The position numbers were made by a program, and so were the translations under genes. A stretch of DNA of 64,000 bases from an uncultured Chloroflexia bacterium. Lineage in GTDB: Bacteria; Chloroflexota; Limnocylindria; Limnocylindrales; CSP1-4. The stretch covers positions 352,001 through 416,000 of the forward strand of contig CAVYIM010000003.1 in assembly GCA_963768655.1 (NCBI GenBank). Reading direction: 5' to 3'. Of the stretch, positions 38,606-46,931 are shown piece after piece (position 1 is the stretch's first letter; each line of letters begins with the position of its first letter). Below the pieces are notes generated by a model, which had not been told where the DNA came from, searched no databases, and saw only the letters and a list, made by a program, of their open reading frames with translations.

Positions 38606-39486
38606 TGGCTATCGGCTGCGATCGCGTTCGTGACCTGGCTCCCGGGTTCGTCCTGGGGGCTTTGGATCCGGCCGAGATGGCCGCCGTCCGCGAGCACCTG
38701 AAGGTCTGCACGAAGGCCCATCCGGAAATGCGCGAGATGGGCGGGGTGGTGCCGTATCTCGGAGGTTCCCTCAATCCGATCGAGCCGCCGAAACACCTCC
38801 GGGCCGCCGTCATGGCAGCCGCTCTCGAGGATCTGCGCGCTCGTACGCCGGAGAAGGCCGGTCCGGCCGAGATTGCGCCGGCCGCGGTCCAGCCGGAAGA
38901 CGCACCCGTGTTGACGGTCCTGGAGCCGGTCCAGGCCGCTGGCGTTGTTTCGCTGACACGCGCTCGAACTCTCCGCACGCGCCGCGTGGCCACATGGATG
39001 GCCCGCGTGGCGGCAGCGGTGGCGGTCGTCAGTCTGGTCGGGTATGCCGTGGCCCTCCAGGGAGACGTGAATCACCTTCACGAAGTGGAGAAGAACGCCG
39101 ACAACGTTCTGAATGACGTCACCGATCCACAGGCCCGCTCTGCCGCGCTTGTCTCCCAGGTCGGGAGCAATGTTGCCGGCGAAGCCTGGTTGCTGCCGAG
39201 CGGCCACGTCGACGTGATGATGTCCGGTCTGGAGCCGACGACAAACGATCAGGTCTACGTCGTGTGGTCGAGCGCCGACGGCAGCCCAACGGTCAAGGCC
39301 GGTTGGTTCACGGTGGACGACCAGGGGAAGGGGTTCCTGCAGATCGACAATGCCTCCCCGTCCAACTCGTTGTGGTTGATGGTCTGTCTCGAGCCCAACA
39401 AGAACGTGCAGAGGCCCACCGGCCCGGTGATCGCGACCGGGACGATCTGGGTCTATTCTCCGCCACCCGCAGCGACACCGGACTGA
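38605..39486 (+). CDS. RskA-like anti-sigma factor (zinc-finger N-terminus, TM, extracytoplasmic domain)
   Basis: C...FVLGALD...HLKVC, PPKHLR, TM, GLEP...QVYVVW, CLEP...PTGPVI; coupled to the sigma gene. Confidence 0.88.
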   Translation: MAIGCDRVRDLAPGFVLGALDPAEMAAVREHLKVCTKAHPEMREMGGVVPYLGGSLNPIEPPKHLRAAVMAAALEDLRARTPEKAGPAEIAPAAVQPEDAPVLTVLEPVQAAGVVSLTRARTLRTRRVATWMARVAAAVAVVSLVGYAVALQGDVNHLHEVEKNADNVLNDVTDPQARSAALVSQVGSNVAGEAWLLPSGHVDVMMSGLEPTTNDQVYVVWSSADGSPTVKAGWFTVDDQGKGFLQIDNASPSNSLWLMVCLEPNKNVQRPTGPVIATGTIWVYSPPPAATPD

Positions 39487-39605
39487 CCCCCGCTCGTCCC
39501 GACTTTGCCGCGCCGAATTGCGTGCGCAGCAGCCCCGCCCTCCGTGAGTCGCTATGTGTTGCGGTAGGCCGCGGGTCTACGGGCCGCTTTGCCGAGGGCG
39601 CGCCG

Positions 39606-40640
39606 CTACTCTGCCGAGGGCGCCCGGGCCACGACTCTACCGCCGCCCGCCGCGCGGGCCGACTGCATGGCCTGGTCCGCGACCTCGATCAACTCCTCGG
39701 GCGTCCGACCGTCGAGAGGGAAGCCGGCGATGCCCGCCGACACGGTGATGGACCTGCCGTCCACCGGAGCCAGGCCGGCGATGCCGCGCACCAGCCGCTC
39801 CGTTACGATCGACCCATCCGGCCCCGGGGCGAGGAGCATGAACTGGTCGCCGGCATAACGAGCCACGGTGTCCACGAGGCGGACCGATTCGGCGAGGATC
39901 TGAGCTACCCGGCGCAGCGCTTCGTCGCCGGCTGCGTTGCCGCCGGCTCGCTGGATCTCGTCGAAATCGTCGATCTCGAATAGCGCCACGGACAGAGCCA
40001 CTCCTTGCCGACCGGCCCGGGCGACTTCCAGCTGCAGCAGCCGGTCGACGGTACGGCGGTTCGCAAGCCCGGTCAGCGGATCGGTGTGGGCCAGACGATC
40101 GAACCACTCCGCGCGCTCGGAGCCCATCGATACCGCCAGAGCGCGCTCGACGGCCACGGCCGCCAGATCGGCGAGCGGCTCCGCACCGAGCAGAGTCTCG
40201 CGCCGCGGCAGCGGCCCCGGGAATCCGAGCGCCATCGCGCCGAGAGCGATCTCGATTCCGTCGCGTCGCACGATCAGTGGCAACAGATACGCGGTGGTCG
40301 CGCCGCGAAGCACCGCCACATGACCGGCGTCGTCCACGTCGAGCGGAGCGCGCGACCTGGTGACGTTCGCCAGCGGGTCGTGGCTCTCGGCCACCGACTC
40401 GACCGAACCGGCGTCGGCGGCGACTTCCGCGGCCACGCCGAAGGTGACCGCCAGCTCGAGCTCGTCGTGGTCGGCATCGAGAATGTAGACCGCCCCGGCG
40501 CTGGCTCCGAGGTGCTCGCCGGCCAGGCCAAGCAGCTCGGCCAGGGCGTCGTCCAGATCGTCGCTGCGCGCGACGGCGGCGGCGGCGGCCGCGAAGAGAG
40601 CGCCGTCCGATCGATGGTGCAGCGGCCGTTCGCCAGGCAC
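39606..40640 (-). CDS. GAF-GGDEF protein with degenerate active site (AGDQF) and intact RxxD I-site
   Basis: GAF, AHTDPLTGLANRR, LFEIDDF, GDEALRRVA, RLVDTVARYAGDQF, TVSAGIA, ADQAM; GGAGG SD + GTG. Confidence 0.88.
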   Translation of the reverse strand: MPGERPLHHRSDGALFAAAAAAVARSDDLDDALAELLGLAGEHLGASAGAVYILDADHDELELAVTFGVAAEVAADAGSVESVAESHDPLANVTRSRAPLDVDDAGHVAVLRGATTAYLLPLIVRRDGIEIALGAMALGFPGPLPRRETLLGAEPLADLAAVAVERALAVSMGSERAEWFDRLAHTDPLTGLANRRTVDRLLQLEVARAGRQGVALSVALFEIDDFDEIQRAGGNAAGDEALRRVAQILAESVRLVDTVARYAGDQFMLLAPGPDGSIVTERLVRGIAGLAPVDGRSITVSAGIAGFPLDGRTPEELIEVADQAMQSARAAGGGRVVARAPSAE

Positions 40641-40733
40641 GGGTCCTCCCCTGGAGCGTCGACGTGGAACCGCCGCGATTGTACGGCCCCGCATCGCCTC
40701 GCGCGACATCCTTCTCCGCCTATACTCGGGCCC

Positions 40734-41063
40734 GTGAAGCTCGTCGTCGCGGTCGTCCACAACGAGGATGCAAAGGCTCTCATCGATTCCCTGCTCAAGC
40801 GCGAGCACCGGGCCACCTGGCTTCACAGCTCCGGCGGCTTCCTCAAGCAGGGGAACGCGACCATCCTCGTCGGCGTCGAGGACGACAATGTCGAGGAGAT
40901 CGTCGGCATCGTGCGCGAGAATTGCCACGCCCGAACTCAAACCGTGAGCCCGATCCCACCGATCATGGAGCCCGGCGAGTTCTTCCTGCCCTACCCGCTC
41001 GAGGTCGAGGTCGGCGGCGCGGTGGTCTTCGTCCTGCCGGTCGATCGGTTCGAGCGGATCTGA
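40734..41063 (+). CDS. darA: PII-like cyclic-di-AMP receptor DarA/PstA (YaaQ, DUF970)
   Basis: KLVVAVVHNED, SSGGFLKQGNATILVGVED, ENC..R, VEVGGAVVFVLPVDRF; leaderless GTG after TATACT. Confidence 0.93.
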   Translation: MKLVVAVVHNEDAKALIDSLLKREHRATWLHSSGGFLKQGNATILVGVEDDNVEEIVGIVRENCHARTQTVSPIPPIMEPGEFFLPYPLEVEVGGAVVFVLPVDRFERI

Positions 41064-41087
41064 CTGGCCGCGGGGCCCGGGGTGTAG

Positions 41088-41597
41088 ATGAGCCCATTTC
41101 GGCCGGACCTGGTGGATGTCTGGATCTTCCGTGTGGCTGCGGCGGCCCGTGGCCGGGCCGGCCTCGAGATCCTTCTTCTTCGGCGTGCGCCGGCCAAGCA
41201 TGTTCTGCCCGGACTGTGGCAATGCGTGTCCGGCGGCCTGGAGGCCGACGAGTCGATCGCAGCCGGAGCTCTGCGCGAGCTGGCCGAAGAGACGGGTTTC
41301 GGCGCGGCCGAAATCGAAGCCTTCTTCGAGCTGGACCAGATCAACCAGTTCCACGAGCCCGCCGTCGGCGCGATCCTGTCAAGCGCCGTCTTTGCCGTCC
41401 GCGTCCGGCCTGACGCGGAACCGACCATCTCCTGGGAGCACGACGCGATGCGCTGGGTCTCCCCGGCCGAGGCTCTGTCCATGTCCGTCTGGCCGGCCTA
41501 CCGCGAGTCGCTCCGGCGGATCGAGGAGAACCTGCTGGATCCGGAAAGGGCCATCTGGTTCGAGCTGACGCTCGACGGGCAGCGAGCCAGACGGTAG
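41088..41597 (+). CDS. Nudix hydrolase (NudB/dATP pyrophosphohydrolase-like)
   Basis: LLLRR, WQCVSGGLEADESIAAGALRELAEETG, SWEHDAMRW. Confidence 0.9.
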   Translation: MSPFRPDLVDVWIFRVAAAARGRAGLEILLLRRAPAKHVLPGLWQCVSGGLEADESIAAGALRELAEETGFGAAEIEAFFELDQINQFHEPAVGAILSSAVFAVRVRPDAEPTISWEHDAMRWVSPAEALSMSVWPAYRESLRRIEENLLDPERAIWFELTLDGQRARR

Positions 41598-41745
41598 ATC
41601 TGGCGCCGGCGGCAATTCCGCGCCAGACTTGGACCGGCCGATACCCGTTTCGGTCGCCCCGAGCCTCTTATGTGATGTGAGGATCATCACGGCACCGCTC
41701 GACGAAGATCAGGACCAGACCGCGGCGGCAGGGCTGCCTCGGACG

Positions 41746-42231
41746 ATGTCTGCGCTGGCGCCAGCTCCGGAGTGGGTCGCCTCGTTGCACGTCCACGGTC
41801 CGCTGCTGCTGGCCGCGGCTCGGGCGATAACCCGGGACGAGGCCGAAGCGGAGGACCTGGTCCAGACGACTTTCGAGCGGGCGCTCCGTGCGGCGCCGAC
41901 GATCAGGGACTCGCGCGCGATCCGCGCCTGGCTCCTGACCGTCCAGACGCACGAGGCGCTGCGAGTCGTGCGGCGACTTCGTCGAACGCTCCGGCTCGAC
42001 CCGGAGGTCCATGAGCTGCCGATCGGCGGCCCGGACTCCTCCGCATCGATCGAGATCGACGAGGCGCTGGGGCGCCTGTCGCGCCCGATCCGAGCCGCCG
42101 TCGTCCTCCACCACATGGTCGGACTCTCCGTGCGCGAAACGGCCGATGCCATGGGCGTCACGGAGAACACAGCCAAGGCCCGGCTCAAGACCGGCCTGGC
42201 GCGACTCCGGGAGCTGCTCGATGAACGCTGA
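41746..42231 (+). CDS. ECF sigma factor
   Basis: AEDLVQTTF, AWLL, AVVLHHMVGLSVRETADAMG...TAKARLKTGLARLR; start uncertain (41629-41746). Confidence 0.88.
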   Translation: MSALAPAPEWVASLHVHGPLLLAAARAITRDEAEAEDLVQTTFERALRAAPTIRDSRAIRAWLLTVQTHEALRVVRRLRRTLRLDPEVHELPIGGPDSSASIEIDEALGRLSRPIRAAVVLHHMVGLSVRETADAMGVTENTAKARLKTGLARLRELLDER

Positions 42232-43798
42232 CACGCGCGGCGGCGCTTCCGCCGGCGACAATCTGGAGGATCGACTGTCCGGCCGGTTCGCGGCCGAATT
42301 GGACCGGGCCGAGCGGGACTACCCCGCCCTGCGCGAGAAGCTGGTCGAGAGCGTGCCGGCCGCCCGGGCCCGGCGAGGGCTGTGGCCCAGGATCGCGCTG
42401 CCGATCACGTCGGCCGCGGTCCTGGCGATCGCGGTCCTCGCCGGCGCGGGGCTGTTGTCCGGCTCCACGACGGGCCCAGGTGTCGGGTCCGTGCCCTCTG
42501 TCACGTCCGGACCGGCATCTTCCGGCGTAGTGATGGGCGCCGACGGCATCCCGACGCAGATCGACGGCCAGCACGTCTACCGCGTCACCGACCAGGCCTC
42601 GTTCCCCACCTCGGGCAGCTTCCTGCTGGCCGGGTACGGGCTCGACTTCGTCATGGCGTGCCCGACGGGGCTGCCCCAGCCATCGGCCGAGGTCGACCTT
42701 CTCGGCCAGTGCGGCGGCGTCGAGCTGGCGCCGCACGCCAACGAGAACCCCGGCCCGGGCTTGCTAATGCTGGCACCCCAGGGGAGCTCGCTTGTTGGCT
42801 GGCTCGGCGGACCGGCGATAGTGGTTCGCGTCCACACCCACGACCCCGAGGCTGCCCAGTGCAGCTCCAGCGAGCAGTCCGCCTGCGAAGCCGCCCTCGT
42901 CGTGGAGGCGGTCGTCTGGCCCACCGTGCCGACCCAGATCGACGGTGAGCGCGTCTATCGCGCCGCCGACCAGGCCTCGTTCCCGACCTCGGGCAGCTTC
43001 CTGCTGGGCGGGCCGTTCACCAAGCCGGAATTCATGCCGCCCTGCCCGATGCAGGCGAACGAGACGACCGCCGAGCAGCAGCTGATCCCGTACTGCTACA
43101 TCCTCTCGATCGACGGCCTCGAGCTCACGCCGATGAGCAACATCGACGAGCCCAATGGCGAGATCGTCGTCGCCCGCGTCCACATCGACGACCCGCTGGC
43201 GGCCCAATGCCCGGCCAGCGATCGGGAGGAGTGCCAGGCCGGCATCGTCGTCGAGTCGGTGGTCTGGCACGGCGCAAAGCCCGTGACCAGCGCCTCGCCC
43301 ACGCCGGGTGAGACCGGCAGCCTGAATCCGGTCTCGGCCGTGAGTGCAGGGCCGATTACATCCGTGAGTACAGGGCCGGTCGCATCCACCGGATCGGGCG
43401 CTACCGGATCTGGGGCCGTTATCGGGCCCGACGGCGTGCCAACCGCGCTCGACGGGCAGAAGGTCTATCGGGCGGCCGACCTGCCTTCGTCGCCGATCTT
43501 CCTGCTCGGCGGCAAGCTGACCCTCGACACCGCCTGCGCGGCCCCGACCACGCCCCAGGCACAGCCATCTGCCTGCGGCTACTGGATGATCGACGGCGTG
43601 CGCGCGGTCGGGACGACCAATATCGTGCCGGAGTTTCTGTTTGGTCAGCCGGTCGTGGCCCAGGTCGAGCTCGGTCGCGCGCTGGCCGTCTGCCCGGGTG
43701 GATCGTGCACAAAGGACACGCTCGTCATCTTGTCGATTCTCTGGCCGTTGCCTTCTGTCACGACTCCGCCTCCACCGCTAGCCCCTTCCCCGTCCTGA
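42221..43798 (+). CDS. Putative anti-sigma factor: cytoplasmic N-terminus, one TM, three Cys-rich extracellular repeats
   Basis: Overlaps the sigma stop; repeats begin IPTQIDGQHVYR, VPTQIDGERVYR and VPTALDGQKVYR. Confidence 0.75.
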   Translation: MNADTRGGASAGDNLEDRLSGRFAAELDRAERDYPALREKLVESVPAARARRGLWPRIALPITSAAVLAIAVLAGAGLLSGSTTGPGVGSVPSVTSGPASSGVVMGADGIPTQIDGQHVYRVTDQASFPTSGSFLLAGYGLDFVMACPTGLPQPSAEVDLLGQCGGVELAPHANENPGPGLLMLAPQGSSLVGWLGGPAIVVRVHTHDPEAAQCSSSEQSACEAALVVEAVVWPTVPTQIDGERVYRAADQASFPTSGSFLLGGPFTKPEFMPPCPMQANETTAEQQLIPYCYILSIDGLELTPMSNIDEPNGEIVVARVHIDDPLAAQCPASDREECQAGIVVESVVWHGAKPVTSASPTPGETGSLNPVSAVSAGPITSVSTGPVASTGSGATGSGAVIGPDGVPTALDGQKVYRAADLPSSPIFLLGGKLTLDTACAAPTTPQAQPSACGYWMIDGVRAVGTTNIVPEFLFGQPVVAQVELGRALAVCPGGSCTKDTLVILSILWPLPSVTTPPPPLAPSPS

Positions 43799-43921
43799 CG
43801 CGTTCGGTCCGTTCGAGCCCTTCGGGCGCACCCTGAACCATCCCGGGCGGCCCCGCTGTCTCTTGGCCGATGCCCGATGATTAGGCCAACGCCAAAGCCG
43901 CGGCGACGCCCGGGAGGAACT

Positions 43922-44233
43922 ATGTACGTGACCCTGGTCAACGTTCACGTCAAGCCGGAGCACCTGGCCGAGTTCATCGACGCCACCCGCGCCAACCATG
44001 AGGGTTCGGTCCGCGAGCCGGGCAATCTCCGCTTCGACGTCCTGCAGTCGGTCGAGGATCCCACTCGCTTCATCCTGTACGAGGCCTATCGGGACGAGGC
44101 CGCGGCGAAGACGCACAAGGAGACGGTCCACTACGCCGCCTGGCGCGATGCCGCGACCGACTGGATGGCCGAGCCGCGAGTCGGGGTCCGGTACGACGGC
44201 CTCTTTCCCGCGGTGCCAGACAGGGGCCGGTAA
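43922..44233 (+). CDS. Antibiotic biosynthesis monooxygenase-family protein (LsrG-like)
   Basis: VHVKPEH, SVREPGNLRFDVLQ, FILYEAY, HKETVHYAAWRD; GGAGG SD. Confidence 0.9.
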   Translation: MYVTLVNVHVKPEHLAEFIDATRANHEGSVREPGNLRFDVLQSVEDPTRFILYEAYRDEAAAKTHKETVHYAAWRDAATDWMAEPRVGVRYDGLFPAVPDRGR

Positions 44234-44239
44234 CGCCGG

Positions 44240-45500
44240 ATGGAAGGCTTCGCTTACGTCTCGACGCTGCGGCTGCCGGAGATCGTCGCCGGGCCGGGAA
44301 AGGTCGCCGAGCTGCCCCGGATCGTCCGCGGCTTCGGGCGGCGGGCCCTCGTGGTCGTTCGGCGGCCGGGCTTCACCGAAGGCGAAGACTGGGCTCGAAT
44401 TCGAGGCGAGCCTCACGGCGGCCGGCCTCAAATTCGAGGTCGAAGGCGTCTCGGGCGAGCCTTCGCCGGCGCTGGTCGACGGGATCGCCGCGCGTGTTCG
44501 TGGGCGCGGGCTGGGGCGCGGCGGCGCGAGCCGGGAGGCGCCCGGGCCGGTCGATGCGGTCGTCGGCATCGGCGGCGGCAGCGTCCTCGACACCGCCAAG
44601 GCGGTCGCCGGTCTGCTGATTCCTGGCAATTCGGTCATGGATCACCTGGAGGGGCTCCCGCCCGGTTTGCCTTACAGCGGCCCGGCGGTGCCGTTCGTAG
44701 CCGTTCCGACGACTGCCGGCACGGGCAGCGAGGCGACCAAGAATGCGGTCCTGAGTGTTCGCGGCCCGGGCGGCTTCAAGCGCTCCTTCCGCGACGAGGC
44801 GCTGATAGCCCGCGTCGCGATCCTGGACCCGGACCTGCTCCGGAGCTGCCCGCCGGAGCTGGTCGCCGCCAACGGCATGGATGCGCTGACCCAGCTGCTC
44901 GAGTCGTACCTCTCGACGCGGGCCAATCCCGTGGCCGACGGCCTGGCGCTGCGGGGTCTGGCAGCCGTCCGCGACGGGCTGCTCGCCTGGCACGAACTGG
45001 CGGTCGCGGGGCTGGGCGGCGCGACGGTCGCGGACGGCCCGCGCGCGGCGATGGCCACGGCGGCGCTCTGCTCGGGCATCTGCCTGGCCCAGACCGGGCT
45101 CGGCGCAGCGCACGGTGTAGCGTCTCCGCTGGGGGCGTCCTTCCCGATCCCGCACGGCGTCGCCTGCGGGGCGACGCTCGTGGCGGCGACACGCGTCAAC
45201 TTGGCGGCGCTGGAGCGGCGCGAGCCGGTGAACGTGGCACTGGGCCGATACGCCGGGTTGGGGCGGCTGCTCGGCGGGAGCAGTGCGGCCTCCCTCGCGG
45301 ACGGGGAGGCGCGCACGGCCCTGGTTCGGCTACTCGACGACTGGCGGGCCCGCCTCGCCGTTCCTCGGCTGTCCGCCTACGGCATCTCCGCGGCCGACAT
45401 CCCGGCCATCGTCGCCGACTCGCGCGGCAGCAGCATGAAGACCAACCCGATCCTGCTCGGCGACGACGAGATAGCCAGGATCCTGGTGGAGTCGCTCTAG
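44240..45500 (+). CDS. Iron-containing alcohol dehydrogenase, frameshifted near 44399
   Basis: GEPS, GIGGGSVLDTAKA, VPTTAGTGSEAT, MDALTQLLES, GLGAAHG, IPHG; deleting A44399 gives WARFEASL and joins the N-terminus. Confidence 0.88.
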
Positions 45501-45575
45501 AGTCAGCCCGCCGCCGCGATGACCGCCGCCGCAGCCTTCGAGCGCGGCCTGTGGACAACCCCGCCGGCGAGGCAG

Positions 45576-46553
45576 CTACCGGAACGCCGGCAACACCTCG
45601 GCGGCCAGGTACTCGAGGATGTCGGTCGTGGCCAGGCCGGGCAAGTCCGAGACGATGATGTAGTCCATGCCGGCGTCGATCAGGCGGCCATACGTGTCGA
45701 TGACCTCCTGCGGGCCGCCCACGATGGCGTGGGTCTTGTACTCCGCAAGGGACTGGTCGCGCCGGTATCGCTTCGTCAGCGCATCCGGATCGTCGCCCGC
45801 CCGCAAGAGAGTGGTCTCGACGTTGGCGGAATGGATCAGCGTCGCCGGGTCGCGGTTGAAGGTCTCGCAGTGGGCGCGGACCACGTCGAGCTTGTGGCGG
45901 TAGTAGTCCATGTCGTCGAGATGGCCGCCGAGGTTGATGGCGTCGCCGTACTGGGCGGCCAGCTTGAGCGTCACCTTCTCGCCGCTGCCGCCGATCCAGA
46001 TCGGAGGATGCGGCTTCTGGACGCCCTTCGGCTCATTGATCGCGCCGGAGATCGTGTAGTAGTTGCCGTCGAACGAGGCGTAGGGCTCGGTCCACATCGC
46101 CTCGATCAGCGGCAACGCCTCGGCCAGCATCCGCAGCCGCTCGCCCGGCGTGGGCGGGTACTCGTATCCGTAGGCCCGGTACTCGTGCTCGTACCAGCCG
46201 GCCCCGATCCCGAAGTCGAGCCGGCCGTGGCTCAGCACGTCGACCGTCGAGGCCATCTTCGCCATCAGCGCCGGGTTGCGGTAGCCGTTGCAGGTGACCA
46301 TCTGGCCGAGGCGGATCGTCCTGGTGTCGCGGGCCAGGGCCGCCGTCGAGGTCCAGCACTCGAAGGTCGTCTCGAGCACCGGCTTGTAATAGGTGTGGAA
46401 GTGGTCGAAGAGCCAGATCGAGTCAAAACCTAGGCGCTCGGCCGTTCGGGCGACCCGGCTCATCGTCTCGTATTGCTCGATCGGGTCCTCGATGTCGACC
46501 AGGTCGAGGATCCAGCCCTGGGGCACGAAAAGACCGAACCGAACTGGCGCCAT
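45576..46553 (-). CDS. LLM-class, probably F420-dependent, oxidoreductase
   Basis: FGLFVPQGW, DSIWLFDHF, ECWTSTAALA, LGQMVTCNGYRNPA, GIGAGWYEHEY, PPIWIGGSGEK. Confidence 0.9.
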   Translation of the reverse strand: MAPVRFGLFVPQGWILDLVDIEDPIEQYETMSRVARTAERLGFDSIWLFDHFHTYYKPVLETTFECWTSTAALARDTRTIRLGQMVTCNGYRNPALMAKMASTVDVLSHGRLDFGIGAGWYEHEYRAYGYEYPPTPGERLRMLAEALPLIEAMWTEPYASFDGNYYTISGAINEPKGVQKPHPPIWIGGSGEKVTLKLAAQYGDAINLGGHLDDMDYYRHKLDVVRAHCETFNRDPATLIHSANVETTLLRAGDDPDALTKRYRRDQSLAEYKTHAIVGGPQEVIDTYGRLIDAGMDYIIVSDLPGLATTDILEYLAAEVLPAFR

Positions 46554-46671
46554 GACTATCCTCCGATGGCGGCGATTGCCCGTAACGATAGCGCCCCGGC
46601 AGGCCGGGAGAATGACCTCGAGTCCATCTGGCGGCCGGGCCCAGGGCGCTGTAACCTCCGCATGCCATCGC

Positions 46672-46850
46672 GAATAGAGCCGCTCGTTTCAGGGAAGCCG
46701 GTGCGAAACCGGCGCTGTCGCGCAACTGTGAGCGAGGAGCGGCTGGCCAGTCGTCGCGGGCGGAGTCCGCGACATGCCACTGGGCGAATGCCCGGGAAGG
46801 CGGCCAGCAGCAGCGATCCGCAAGCCAGGAGACCTGACCGAACGGCGCAC
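46672..46850 (+). ncRNA. Cobalamin (B12) riboswitch
   Basis: AGGGAAGCCGGTGCGAAACCGGCGCTGTCGCGCAACTGTGA (from 46691), GCCACTG (46776), GGGAAGG (46794), B12-box AGCCAGGAGACCTG (46823-46836). Confidence 0.95.
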
Positions 46851-46931
46851 GTCACCCACCTGCGCGGATCGGATGGGAGGCCTCCGGCGGCGAGGTCCCC
46901 TCCGGCAGGCGGGCAGGCCGCCGGAGGAAGA

